A stretch of 64,000 nt of DNA from Clostridia bacterium (GTDB taxonomy: Bacteria > Bacillota > Clostridia > Oscillospirales > QAKW01), in assembly GCA_017440465.1 (NCBI GenBank), contig JAFSHF010000031.1, positions 6,064 to 70,063 on the forward strand, in the 5' to 3' direction. Every line of letters starts with the position of its first letter. Within the stretch, counting starts at the first letter, position 1. The notes under the pieces were generated by a model that did not search any database, was not told the origin of the DNA, and saw only the letters and a program-made list of their open reading frames with translations. This document shows positions 36,427-45,961 of this stretch, piece by piece. A program made the position numbers and the translations under genes.

Positions 36427-37772
36427 TCTTCAATCCTCCGTCCGATCAAGTCAAAATCCATCGTCTCTTCAATCTCGATCTCCAAAATGTCGCCGGCGGC
36501 GATGGTGCCTTCGCCGGTGAAAAAGATCTTGCCGTCGATATCCGGCGCTTCCATATAACTGCGCCCATACCAACATTCCGCCCAGCGGTCAAAGCCCTCG
36601 ACCAGAACCTTTAGCCGCTTGCCCAGCAAGCCTGCCTGCTTTTGCTCCACGATATCCGCCTGGATGGTCTCCAGAACATCGCAGCGCTTTTCCTTGACTT
36701 CGTCTTCGATCTGGTCGGGCATCTCGTAGGCGGGGGTGCCCTCTTCGGGGGAGAAGCAGAAGATGCCCAGCTTATCAAACTGCGCCTTGCGGACAAAGCG
36801 GCAAAGGGCGTCAAACTCCTCTTCCGTCTCGCCGGGGAACCCGACGATGAGGGTGGTGCGAATGACCACATTCGGGATCCGCGCCCGCAGGGTTTGAAGC
36901 AGTTTCAAAAGGCTTTCTTCGTCGCCGGGGCGGTTCATTCGTTTGAGGACACTGCCGACCGCGTGCTGGATCGGCATCTCGATATAGGGAAGCAGTTTAT
37001 TTTCCTGCTCAAACAGTTCGATCAATTCTTCATCGATCTTATCGGGATAGAGGTAGAGCAACCGCAACCACTCGATCCCCTTCACCTGCAGGACCTTACG
37101 GATCAACTCGGGCAGGCAACGCTTGCCATAGAGGTCGATGCCGTAGTTGGTGGTATCCTGCGCGATCAAGATCAGTTCCTTACAGCCCTCGGCAGAGAGT
37201 TTTTCCGCCTCGGCAATAATATTCTCCATCGGGCGGCTATGGAACCCGCCGCGAATTTCGGGAATACAGCAATAGGCGCAACGGTTATTGCACCCATCGG
37301 CAATTTTGAGGTAGGCGGTCTCCCGCGGGGAGGTCCGCACCCGATCGCCTTCTAACTGCAGATCCTTGGCATCATCAAACCAAGCGATCCGCTCGCCTGC
37401 GATCACTCGCTCCAGCGCGTCGCCGATCCGCTGAAAACTGCCGACGCCCAAAAACCCATCGACTTCGGGCAGTTCCGCGGCGATCTCCGCTTGGTACCGC
37501 TGGGGCAGGCATCCCGCAACGATGATCTTCCCGACTTTGCCTTCGTTTTTCAAAGCGACCACCTCGAAGATGGTCTCGATGGCCTCCTGCTTTGCCGATT
37601 CAATGAATCCGCAGGTGTTGATCACCACCGCGGCGCAGTCCTCCATCTCGGCGACCAGTGCATAGCCGCGCGCCTGCGCGGCGGCCATCATCTTTTCGGT
37701 GTTGACGGTATTCTTTTCACAGCCGAGGCCGATAAATCCAATTCGTTTACTCACAGTCACATTCCTCAACAT
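36423..37772 (-). CDS. rimO: Ribosomal protein S12 methylthiotransferase RimO
   Basis: MTTase N-domain, radical-SAM CNNRCAYCCIP, C-terminal TRAM domain. Confidence 0.93.
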   Translation of the reverse strand: MLRNVTVSKRIGFIGLGCEKNTVNTEKMMAAAQARGYALVAEMEDCAAVVINTCGFIESAKQEAIETIFEVVALKNEGKVGKIIVAGCLPQRYQAEIAAELPEVDGFLGVGSFQRIGDALERVIAGERIAWFDDAKDLQLEGDRVRTSPRETAYLKIADGCNNRCAYCCIPEIRGGFHSRPMENIIAEAEKLSAEGCKELILIAQDTTNYGIDLYGKRCLPELIRKVLQVKGIEWLRLLYLYPDKIDEELIELFEQENKLLPYIEMPIQHAVGSVLKRMNRPGDEESLLKLLQTLRARIPNVVIRTTLIVGFPGETEEEFDALCRFVRKAQFDKLGIFCFSPEEGTPAYEMPDQIEDEVKEKRCDVLETIQADIVEQKQAGLLGKRLKVLVEGFDRWAECWYGRSYMEAPDIDGKIFFTGEGTIAAGDILEIEIEETMDFDLIGRRIEE

Positions 37773-38397
37773 TTAATGCTTCGCGGGCGGTCTCAAAATC
37801 AAAGCCCAGCCGCAACAATCCTTGGAACGCACGGTCCCGCTCTTTGCGGTCGGCGCGGTTGATGCGGCGGTATTTGGTCTCCATATGGTAGCGCGCCGAT
37901 TCTGAAAAATCCGTCTCCAACGCGTCCACCGCCTCTTTGGCAAGGGCAGGGTCGATCCCCTTTTGGATGATCTCGGGCAGGATCCGCCGCGGGCCCCAAT
38001 GCTTTGTATTAGCATATTTTTCCGCCAGCTTATAGGCAAGGGCTTCATCGTCGATAAAGCCCTTTTGCTCCATCTTGCTGCAGGTCGCATCCGCCACCTG
38101 CGGCTCGATGCCGAAGCGGGTCAGCTTTTCGTAAAGCTTTTTGCGGGAAAGGTCACCGTAGCCTAAATATTGATAGGCCTTTTCGGTGGCGGGAATTAAC
38201 TTGACCGCCAAAAGAAGCGCGTCCTGCTCCTCTTCTCCGAAGGGATCGCCGCAATGGAGATCCTGCGCCATCAAAAGTTCCAAGGGGAAGGTCATATAAA
38301 ATTCCCCATCCACAAAAAGATCCCGCTTGGCAGGATCTTTTTGGTTGGGTATGATATTGGTTATGATCGGTTTATTCAAAGTCGTCTGCCGATACAT
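37747..38397 (-). CDS. recX: Regulatory protein RecX
   Basis: Three-repeat helical RecX-like sequence immediately downstream of, and overlapping, recA. Confidence 0.85.
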   Translation of the reverse strand: MYRQTTLNKPIITNIIPNQKDPAKRDLFVDGEFYMTFPLELLMAQDLHCGDPFGEEEQDALLLAVKLIPATEKAYQYLGYGDLSRKKLYEKLTRFGIEPQVADATCSKMEQKGFIDDEALAYKLAEKYANTKHWGPRRILPEIIQKGIDPALAKEAVDALETDFSESARYHMETKYRRINRADRKERDRAFQGLLRLGFDFETAREALNVEECDCE

Positions 38398-39481
38398 CCA
38401 GCGAGACCGCAGGCGCCGCGGGCTTTTCCGCCGCAGGTGCTGCCGCGGGAGCGGCGGCTGCCTTTTTGGGCTTGCTGACCTTGCTGTCCATCTCTCTTAA
38501 AGTGTCGAAATTCTCGCGGATGGCTTGCTCTAATTCATTATAAATGTCGGCATTTTCCCGCAGGAACTCTTTGGCTTTATCTCTGCCCTGACCGATGCGG
38601 ATATCCTTATAGGAGAACCAGGCGCCGCTCTTTTTGACCAGCTTGAGTTTTTCGCCCAGATCCAGCAGTTCGCCTTCCTTGGAGATGCCCTCGCCATACA
38701 TAATGTCGAAGGTAGCGATCTTGAAGGGGGGCGCAACTTTATTCTTAACGACCTTGACCTTGGTCGCACTGCCGATCATCTCGGTGCCCGCTTTCAAGGT
38801 TTCGGTGCGGCGCACGTCCATACGAACGGAGGAATAGAATTTCAGCGCGTTACCGCCGGTGGTGGTTTCGGGGTTGCCATACATCACACCGATCTTCATC
38901 CGCAACTGGTTGATAAAGATCGCCACGCAGTTGGTCTTGGCAAGAACACCGGTCAGTTTCCGCAACGCCTGGCTCATCAAGCGCGCCTGCAGACCCACAT
39001 GGGAATCGCCCATCTCGCCCTCGATCTCGGTGCGGGGAGTCAGCGCGGCGACCGAGTCGACGATGACCAGATCGATGGCACCCGAGCGCACCAACTGCTC
39101 GGTGATCTCCAATGCCTGCTCGCCGTAGTCGGGCTGGGAAACCAAAAGGTTATCCACATCCACGCCCAAGGCAGAAGCATAGACCGGATCCAACGCGTGC
39201 TCCGCATCGATAAAGGCAACGGTTCCGCCCGCCTTTTGCGCCTCGGCGGCAATGTGCAAGGCGACGGTGGTCTTACCGGAAGATTCGGGACCGTAAATTT
39301 CGACGATACGTCCCTTGGGTACACCGCCGATCCCCAACGCTAAATCCAGCGAAAGCGAACCGGTGGGAATCACCCCAACGTTCATATGGGTATTATCCCC
39401 CAGCTTCATAACCGCCCCTTCGCCAAACTGCTTTTCAATCTGCTCTAAGGCCTTTGCCAAGGCATCTTTTTTATCAGCCAT
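38372..39481 (-). CDS. recA: Recombinase RecA (with Ala/Pro-rich C-terminal extension)
   Basis: GPESSGKTT Walker A; L1/L2 regions; near-universal RecA sequence. Confidence 0.98.
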   Translation of the reverse strand: MADKKDALAKALEQIEKQFGEGAVMKLGDNTHMNVGVIPTGSLSLDLALGIGGVPKGRIVEIYGPESSGKTTVALHIAAEAQKAGGTVAFIDAEHALDPVYASALGVDVDNLLVSQPDYGEQALEITEQLVRSGAIDLVIVDSVAALTPRTEIEGEMGDSHVGLQARLMSQALRKLTGVLAKTNCVAIFINQLRMKIGVMYGNPETTTGGNALKFYSSVRMDVRRTETLKAGTEMIGSATKVKVVKNKVAPPFKIATFDIMYGEGISKEGELLDLGEKLKLVKKSGAWFSYKDIRIGQGRDKAKEFLRENADIYNELEQAIRENFDTLREMDSKVSKPKKAAAAPAAAPAAEKPAAPAVSLDVSADDFE

Positions 39482-39527
39482 CGTGCTTCTCCTTTATATG
39501 TAAACGTATTTTTAAACCCATATAGTA

Positions 39528-39556
39528 ATTATATAATAACCGAATGGATAAATCAA
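39528..39556 (-). promoter_or_regulatory. recA promoter TTGATT-17-TATAAT
   Basis: -35 at 39551-39556 and -10 at 39528-39533 (minus strand); spacer counted as 17. Confidence 0.55.
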
Positions 39557-39619
39557 GAGATTTATCTCTTTTGACCGTCATTATCATACCACGGCGTTTG
39601 TCCGATAAACAGGACACGA

Positions 39620-39652
39620 AATAAAAAATCCGCTTCGGTTGAAGCGGATTTT
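39620..39652 (-). terminator. Intrinsic terminator downstream of the SPFH gene
   Basis: AATCCGCTTC/GAAGCGGATT stem plus T-run on the minus strand. Confidence 0.8.
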
Positions 39653-39708
39653 CAGTTTAGAGTTATGAATTTGCCTTGCGGCAAATGTTATGAGATGCGT
39701 TTTGCGCA

Positions 39709-40647
39709 TCAATCGCAGCAAGGGTCTTTTTTGGTCGGCTTTTTGGCTTCGGGGGCGGGGGCGGTGGTATCGCCCAGACCGGTGGTTTCGGCAAACGCCA
39801 CATTCGCCTTGGTCATCTCCACCATATCGGTGGGGACGATGATCTTGGCGGCTTTCCCATCGGCCATACGGACCATGGCCTCATATTTTTTCAGCTCTAA
39901 AACGGCGGCATCGGCACCTGCCTTCTTTAAAGCGGCCAGACCGTCGGCCTCCGCCTGCTTTGCCAAAAGGATCGCCTTGGCTTCGCCTTCGGCGCGGGCG
40001 ATGCGGGCATCCCGCTCACCTTCGGCGGCAAGGATCATCGCCTGCTTATCGCCCTCGGCGCGGGTGATGACCGCCGCCTTATGACCTTCCGCTTCCAGCA
40101 GAGTCTCGCGGCGGTCGCGCTCGGCTTTCATCTGCTTTTCCATCGCGTTTTGGATCTCGGCGGGCGGGATGATGTTCTTCAGCTCCACGCGGTTGACCTT
40201 GATGCCCCATTGGTCGGTGGCGCAGTCTAAGATCTCAGTCATTTTACCGTTGATGGTATCGCGGGAAGTCAACGTATCGTCCAGCTCCAGCTCGCCGACG
40301 ATGTTCCGCAGGGTGGTGGCGGTCAGGTTGGAAAGGGCACTGATGGGATTGACGGCACCATAGGTGAAGAGATTGGCATCGAAGACCTTGAAATAAACCA
40401 CCGTATCGATCTGCATGGTGACGTTATCCTTGGTGATGACCGGTTGGGGCGGAGAATCCAGCACCTGCTCTTTCAGGGTAACCTTATTGGCGACCCGATC
40501 GATGATGGGGATCAAAAGGTGCAGGCCGGCACCCCAAGTGGTCTGGTATTTCCCCAGCCGCTCAATGACATATTCGGTCGCTTGCGGGACCACCCGCAGG
40601 CAGAGAATAACTAAAACAACAAGCGCAATAATAATTCCTAAAATCAT
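39709..40647 (-). CDS. SPFH/band-7 (stomatin/prohibitin-like) membrane protein
   Basis: N-terminal TM, SPFH core, Ala/Glu-rich coiled C-terminus. Confidence 0.9.
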   Translation of the reverse strand: MILGIIIALVVLVILCLRVVPQATEYVIERLGKYQTTWGAGLHLLIPIIDRVANKVTLKEQVLDSPPQPVITKDNVTMQIDTVVYFKVFDANLFTYGAVNPISALSNLTATTLRNIVGELELDDTLTSRDTINGKMTEILDCATDQWGIKVNRVELKNIIPPAEIQNAMEKQMKAERDRRETLLEAEGHKAAVITRAEGDKQAMILAAEGERDARIARAEGEAKAILLAKQAEADGLAALKKAGADAAVLELKKYEAMVRMADGKAAKIIVPTDMVEMTKANVAFAETTGLGDTTAPAPEAKKPTKKDPCCD

Positions 40648-40673
40648 AATTAAAATCCTTTCTTACATTTAAA

Positions 40674-41669
40674 TTATATCTTTAATCGCCGCTTTAATGC
40701 GGCGAGATATTCATCTTTTAATTCGGCGGGGGCATCCAAGGTGACCTGCGCGCCCAGCGAGAAGAGCCAGCCGTAGAAATGGGAGCTGGGGATGACCTCT
40801 GCGCGGGTCTGCAACCGCCCTTCTGCAATGCGTGTGAGGTTTAGTTCCTTGCCGAAGCGGTCGATCATGGCATCCAGCAGATGATCGGGGAAAGAGAGGG
40901 TGACCATTTGGCTTTTGCCGCCAAACATCCCAAAAACGCGGGCGGTATAGTCCTCCATCCGAATCGCCTTGAAGGCATCGTCCCCTTGGCGGGGTTGGTC
41001 TGCAATCCGAATGTCGCCCATCCGATCGACACGGTAATGGTGGATGGATTGGGATTTATGGTCAAAGGCGATGAGATAATAATATTCATCCTCCCAAAGC
41101 AACTGCCAAGGGGAAGCCTCATAGAGCGCGCCGTCGTGTCGCGGGCGGCGGACCAGCCGCCCCTGCTGATACACCCATTCATAGTAGCGGAAGGTGATGG
41201 CGCGGTTTTCGCGGATGGCGCGGTTGAGATCGTCCACCAGATAAAAGATGGTCTCGTTCATATTTTTAATTCGGCTCGCCACATGGACGCTCCGCTTGAG
41301 TTGCCCGCCTTGATAACGGCTGGCCAACGCCGAAAGCTTTTGGAGCAGTTGGTCGGATTTTTTGGCGGTGATGAACCGCGAGGATGCCACCGCATCCGCC
41401 AGCAGCCGCAGTTCGGCGGTCTCAAATTCCCGCGATGCCAGATAATAATAGCTTTGGTGCCCCTGCTTTTCGGCAAGGATATCCATCCCGCATTGGTTTA
41501 AGGTCTCGATGTTCTCATAGATGCTCTTGCGCTCGGCGTGGATGCCGAAACCCTCCAGCATCGCTAAGATCTCCGCCATGGTGATGCCGTGGTCTTCATC
41601 CGTCTCCTGCAGGAAGATCTGCATCAGCCGCAGCAGTTTTTGGTTCTGGTGGGCAGACTTTGCCATCAT
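40674..41669 (-). CDS. HTH-WYL-domain transcriptional regulator
   Basis: N-terminal wHTH; central WYL-type beta domain (WQLLWEDEYYYLIAFD..HHYRVDRM); C-terminal extension. Confidence 0.85.
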   Translation of the reverse strand: MMAKSAHQNQKLLRLMQIFLQETDEDHGITMAEILAMLEGFGIHAERKSIYENIETLNQCGMDILAEKQGHQSYYYLASREFETAELRLLADAVASSRFITAKKSDQLLQKLSALASRYQGGQLKRSVHVASRIKNMNETIFYLVDDLNRAIRENRAITFRYYEWVYQQGRLVRRPRHDGALYEASPWQLLWEDEYYYLIAFDHKSQSIHHYRVDRMGDIRIADQPRQGDDAFKAIRMEDYTARVFGMFGGKSQMVTLSFPDHLLDAMIDRFGKELNLTRIAEGRLQTRAEVIPSSHFYGWLFSLGAQVTLDAPAELKDEYLAALKRRLKI

Positions 41670-42670
41670 TATACCTCCAAGCCCGAAAGATATTCATTGA
41701 TATGGAAGGGAATTTGAGGAACTTCGTCTAAATAAAATAATTGATAGGTATAGGTGATTGCGCAGGGCTTGCCGCCGTCGCGGGTGCGGGTGGCGGAGCG
41801 GGGAAGATTCTCGGAATCATAGGTAAATTCGGTGACATCGTAGTCGGTATCCACCTTGATGCACCGCCCCTGCTCGTCGTATTCAAAGATGGTTTCGGAA
41901 GAATAGCCGTCGTTATCGGTATGGGCAAGGCGGGTGGGCAGGTTCAGAGAATTATATTCGACCGTGTTGGTGAAAATGCCGCTGGCGCCGGTGTTCTCTT
42001 CGGCTTTGGTGCAAAGCCCCTGCTCGTTATAGGAATAGGTGACGGTGGATTGATGGTAGGCTTCATCCGTCTCATAGGCGGCGGTGTCGGTGCCGAGATA
42101 GGAACGGACGGTGGCGGTCTTTCTCAAGCCCTTTTCATAAGTAAAGAGCGTAATTCCGCCCACATTGGCACCGTTGGTATAGCCGACCTCTTTGATGCAT
42201 TGCCCTTGCTCGTTGTATTCATAGGTGATGACCGATTCGCCCGCTTCGCTTATGGCTTCGGTGCGGAGCAGTTTGCCCTCTTTATCGTAGGTATGCTCTT
42301 CGGAATAGCCGGGGCCTTCTTCTTTGGTATAGGAGCCCTCGCCTTGGAGCAGACGCCCCTTTTCATCATAGGAATAGGTGGTCTTATAATACGCCATCTC
42401 CTCGCCGAAGCCGTCGTCCTGCGCCAAGATCTCGGTGGGCAGGTAGGTAAATTTGGAGGCGTGCAGGGCGCTGTCTTTATAATCGCCCAAGTTCAAAAAG
42501 AGCGGATAGGCCTCCTCCAATTTGCCCTCTTTCAAAAGGTCGCAGGCCTTTTGGTAGGTGGGTTGCAGATCGGCATCCTCCTGCGGAAGAAAGGCAATTC
42601 GATCGCATCCGCTGCAAAGCAGCAGGCAGAAAATCGAAAGAACAGCAAACAAGCGTTTCATAAAAGACAC
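41669..42670 (-). CDS. Lipoprotein with YD/RHS-like repeats
   Basis: Lipobox LLCSGC; repeated YxYDxxGxL-type units (YSYDEKGRLL, HTYDKEGKLL, YEYNEQGQCI, FEYDEQGRCI). Confidence 0.7.
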   Translation of the reverse strand: MSFMKRLFAVLSIFCLLLCSGCDRIAFLPQEDADLQPTYQKACDLLKEGKLEEAYPLFLNLGDYKDSALHASKFTYLPTEILAQDDGFGEEMAYYKTTYSYDEKGRLLQGEGSYTKEEGPGYSEEHTYDKEGKLLRTEAISEAGESVITYEYNEQGQCIKEVGYTNGANVGGITLFTYEKGLRKTATVRSYLGTDTAAYETDEAYHQSTVTYSYNEQGLCTKAEENTGASGIFTNTVEYNSLNLPTRLAHTDNDGYSSETIFEYDEQGRCIKVDTDYDVTEFTYDSENLPRSATRTRDGGKPCAITYTYQLFYLDEVPQIPFHINEYLSGLEV

Positions 42671-42751
42671 CCCCTTTAAATTCAGTATATACGAATTTTA
42701 AGAAATTTGCAATAAAAAATGTGCGAGGAAGGCACCTCGCACATTTTTAAA

Positions 42752-43609
42752 TCAAGTGGTTTTTAAGTATTGGCCGTTGCCCGAAACGGTGCAGGGGAAT
42801 TGGGGCGGGAGCAGGATGCTTTGCCCCTCGGCGGCGGTGATGGTCTCTTCGCCGTAGGTCAGGGTCAGCGCGCCCTCGGTCACCAGAATGGCGCAAAGCT
42901 TTTCCGCCTCCAAGGGTTGGGGTTCGGCGGTCAGCGCCGCTTTTTCCACGCGGAATTTATCGCAGTCTGCCAAAACATCCCCTTGGGGTTGACCGTAAGG
43001 AACGGTGGCGGGAACGCGGTCGGTCACCTCCAGTGCCTTTTCAATGTGCAGGGGGCGTTTGTTGCCTTGGGCATCGGTGCGGTCATAGTCCCACACCCGA
43101 TAGGTAACATCGGAGCTTTGCTGGATCTCGGCGATCTTCAGCCCCGCGCCGATGGCGTGGAGGGTGCCGGCGGGGATAAAGAAGACATCCCCTTTCTGCA
43201 CCGGAACGGTGCAGACCGCCTCGCCCAAGGTGCCGTTTTTGATATGTTGCTCAAATTCCTCTAAAGAGAGGGGCTGATTAAAACCGTAGATCAGCGAGGC
43301 ACCCTCGTCGGCATCCAAAATGTACCACATTTCGGTCTTGCCCTGCTGGTTTTCCACCCGCGCGGCATAGGCATCGTCGGGATGCACCTGCACCGAGAGG
43401 GGATTTTTGGCGTTGATGATCTTGATCAGCCAAGGGAAGGGGTTGGTATAGCCCCAATCAGCAAGAACTTCGGTCAGCGGTCTGCCTGCTTCGGCACCGT
43501 TGACCACTTCGCAGGTCCCTGCAGGGTGGCAGGAAAGGCTCCAAAGCTCGCTGCCCCAGATGTAAGGCTTATCCAACGGTTGCAACAGCAACGGATATTT
43601 TTTGTTCAT
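42752..43609 (-). CDS. manA: Class I mannose-6-phosphate isomerase
   Basis: WGSELW, SVQVHPDD and cupin motifs; start set at the ATG at 43609 with GGAGG 8 nt upstream. Confidence 0.85.
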   Translation of the reverse strand: MNKKYPLLLQPLDKPYIWGSELWSLSCHPAGTCEVVNGAEAGRPLTEVLADWGYTNPFPWLIKIINAKNPLSVQVHPDDAYAARVENQQGKTEMWYILDADEGASLIYGFNQPLSLEEFEQHIKNGTLGEAVCTVPVQKGDVFFIPAGTLHAIGAGLKIAEIQQSSDVTYRVWDYDRTDAQGNKRPLHIEKALEVTDRVPATVPYGQPQGDVLADCDKFRVEKAALTAEPQPLEAEKLCAILVTEGALTLTYGEETITAAEGQSILLPPQFPCTVSGNGQYLKTT

Positions 43610-43828
43610 GGTGGATTCCTCCGTTTTTATATTCATATGTTCAGTATAACATAAATGTAAAAAACTGACAATAGAAACTTTTTTGCGGAAACAGTCGTTA
43701 AATTTTACCTAAAATTTTAGATTGACAATATCCTAAAATCAAAAGAAATAGAAAAAAGCAGACCCATCGGTCTGCTTTCTTATTCTGCCGAAGCCAGCAT
43801 TTTTTCGGTGAAGATGCCGTAACCAAAT

Positions 43829-44107
43829 TTATTTTTCCTTACTTCCAAACAATGCTCCGTAATGATACATACGATAGGCAATTTTTTCTTGGATCCGTAG
43901 CAGAGAGGAGATAATGATTTCCACATCATCGTCTTCGTCTTGAACGCCCAATCGTTCGCAAACACGCATATAGGCATCATACATATCGGAATACCATTGT
44001 TCACAGGGTTTTCCATCTTCAAATAAGTTTTCAACATCGTCAAGCGGATCAATGAGCATTCCTGACAAAGAGTAATAGACTTCTTCTTCAAAATCCATAA
44101 TAAACAC
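43829..44107 (-). CDS. Hypothetical acidic 92-aa protein
   Basis: ORF with a plausible start; no recognisable domain. Confidence 0.45.
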   Translation of the reverse strand: MFIMDFEEEVYYSLSGMLIDPLDDVENLFEDGKPCEQWYSDMYDAYMRVCERLGVQDEDDDVEIIISSLLRIQEKIAYRMYHYGALFGSKEK

Positions 44108-44202
44108 CTCCGAGAGTGTCCTTATACGAACACTACCATTTTCTTTATTTTATGGCGATAATAAAATAAAGTCAAGAAAAATTTCGGGGGGGTGAAGAGC
44201 GG

Positions 44203-44415
44203 ATGATTCGATATGACCGTTTATGGCAGACGATGAAGAAAAAAGGAATTACCCAATACGATCTTTATACCCACCATAACATTAACCGCTCTCAGCTGGA
44301 TCGGTTAAGAAAGAATAAAAACGTGGAAGTCAACACCATCGATAAGCTTTGCAACATTTTGCAATGCCGTGTAGAGGATATTATGGAGCATATTCCCGAT
44401 AACAATGTATTTTAA
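44203..44415 (+). CDS. XRE/Cro-type HTH protein
   Basis: HTH pattern KKKGITQYDLYTHHNINRSQLDRL..TIDKLCNIL. Confidence 0.8.
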   Translation: MIRYDRLWQTMKKKGITQYDLYTHHNINRSQLDRLRKNKNVEVNTIDKLCNILQCRVEDIMEHIPDNNVF

Positions 44416-44451
44416 AAGCAGGTCGCAAGACCTGCTTTTTCTATTATTGTA

Positions 44452-44739
44452 TCATTGATCTTGAGGATCTTGGTTTTTGGTAGGATACTCGCCGAGATTT
44501 GGACGTGGATGGGTGGCGGACGAGGGGTGCACACTCTGTGCCTTGTCGGGCAATGCGATCACCAAAAGATATCCTACGATTCCGCAAAAGAAACATATCC
44601 AAAAGTATTTGCTTTGTGGATGTCCTTTCAATGTTGCTGCCTGATGAAACTCGCCGGCAATCCAGAGACTGAAGAGCGTAACCAAGGCTATGATGATGAT
44701 TCCGACGAGACCCGATCCGAATAATTGAGTTGATTCCAT
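44452..44739 (-). CDS. Small two-TM membrane protein
   Basis: Two hydrophobic segments and a polar Pro/Gln-rich tail. Confidence 0.5.
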   Translation of the reverse strand: MESTQLFGSGLVGIIIIALVTLFSLWIAGEFHQAATLKGHPQSKYFWICFFCGIVGYLLVIALPDKAQSVHPSSATHPRPNLGEYPTKNQDPQDQ

Positions 44740-44859
44740 AGTTCCTCCTAATAAATGAATAATTTAATAAGTTTCTTATCTTTAACACAATTATAGGGCA
44801 AAAATATGTTAATGTCAAGAAAAATGCAAATCTTTAGCATATTTTTTGGGGGTATAGTT

Positions 44860-45102
44860 GTGAAGATCTATGATTATAACGGAAAGAAAAACATTTGCGG
44901 GGAGCGGGTGCACGAAGCGCGGTGTAGGCTTCGGCTGACCCAGAGCGATCTTGCGGCGCAGTTGCAGGTGGCGGGGATCATTGTTGAGCGGGACAGCATT
45001 TCCCGCATCGAGATCGGCACCCGCTTTGTGGCAGATTATGAAATTCGTGCATTGGCAAAGATCTTAAAGGTTTCCGTGGATTGGTTGCTTGGGATCGAAT
45101 AA
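44860..45102 (+). CDS. XRE-family HTH transcriptional regulator
   Basis: GERVHEARCRLRLTQSDLAAQL..ISRIEIG; start set at the GTG at 44860 (GGGGG 7 nt upstream). Confidence 0.8.
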   Translation: MKIYDYNGKKNICGERVHEARCRLRLTQSDLAAQLQVAGIIVERDSISRIEIGTRFVADYEIRALAKILKVSVDWLLGIE

Positions 45103-45141
45103 ATGAAAAAGCAGACCGATGGGTCTGCTTTTTCTATGTGA

Positions 45142-45729
45142 TTATTTCAATTCATTTTTGAATATTTCATATAAATGATCCGTTACACCATTTGCCGCCT
45201 GAATGGTGGCGGTCATTAGGGCAGATGGGTCGATATTGGAAAAATCGAATTGATAACCATTATACTCAATTAGTTTGGCAATAAAGATTCGTTGGGTGCG
45301 ACCGTTTCCCTCCCGAAAGGGATGCAATAGATTGGTGGTGCAATAAAAATCCACCAATTCTTCGATAAACGCTTCTTTAGAAAGTGCTTTAAAATAGTTG
45401 GCTTTTTTGAGGCGGTCAAAGCAGGCATTACAAAGAGTTTCCAACTGATTTGCAGGGCAAAAGGTGGTTCCTTTTTTAGAAATGTCAACGGTACGCAGTT
45501 GACCTGCCCAATCATAGAGATCTTCGAACAAAAAGCGATGGATGGCTTTGTAATAATCAAAATCCAAGGGCAACTTGGCAGGTTGGCTTTCCAAAAGGGT
45601 TGTCTTGGCGTGGGTGATGGTAGCTTCAAGGGTCATCAACTGTTCTTCGTTTTGCACATCAAACTTATTAATAAGGCAGGTAGTTCCCTCATAACAGTTT
45701 GCAGAAATCGAATCGATACTGTAGCCCAT
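45142..45729 (-). CDS. Fic/DOC-family protein (class I Fic toxin)
   Basis: Canonical Fic motif HPFREGNGRTQR; start ATG at 45729 overlaps the antitoxin stop (TAATG). Confidence 0.9.
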   Translation of the reverse strand: MGYSIDSISANCYEGTTCLINKFDVQNEEQLMTLEATITHAKTTLLESQPAKLPLDFDYYKAIHRFLFEDLYDWAGQLRTVDISKKGTTFCPANQLETLCNACFDRLKKANYFKALSKEAFIEELVDFYCTTNLLHPFREGNGRTQRIFIAKLIEYNGYQFDFSNIDPSALMTATIQAANGVTDHLYEIFKNELK

Positions 45730-45902
45730 TATGCGGTAACACCTGCCTTTACTTTTGCCAACGCAATATATTCTTCCATAGAAATCTCTTTGTTTAAGAG
45801 CTTGCGGCACCATTCTTTGGTTTGCTCATCCACCGAAAACCCTTCCATTTCCAAGGAGAATGTGGCGTTTTTGATGCAACGTTCCATTTGTTTTTCGCTC
45901 AT
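45729..45902 (-). CDS. VbhA-type antitoxin
   Basis: Inhibitory (S/T)xxxE(G/N) motif as SLEMEG; translationally coupled to Fic; start set at the ATG at 45902. Confidence 0.8.
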   Translation of the reverse strand: MSEKQMERCIKNATFSLEMEGFSVDEQTKEWCRKLLNKEISMEEYIALAKVKAGVTA

Positions 45903-45925
45903 GCAAAACACCTGCCTTTATGTAG

Positions 45926-45954
45926 AGTATACCACACCGAAGGGTGTGGTGCAA
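45926..45954 (-). promoter_or_regulatory. Promoter TTGCAC-17-TATACT for vbhA-fic, embedded in a hairpin just after the spoIVB stop
   Basis: Minus strand: -35 at 45949-54 and -10 at 45926-31; spacer counted as 17. Confidence 0.45.
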
Positions 45955-45961
45955 CTCTTTT

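Larger units (their letters stand above)
43780..45961. mobile_element. AT-rich ~2.2 kb islet inserted at the 3' end of spoIVB, bounded by a 45-bp imperfect direct repeat of the spoIVB terminus
   Basis: 43780-43824 and 45962-46006 match at 41/45 positions; both encode GYGIF(T/I)EKMLASAE-stop; no integrase inside. Confidence 0.55.

Noticed and set aside
43780-44091. 103-aa ORF ending in ..TEKMLASAE
   Set aside because: Only its last ~14 codons resemble spoIVB, because it is the displaced duplicate of the spoIVB 3' end. The rest overlaps the better-supported 92-aa ORF in another frame.
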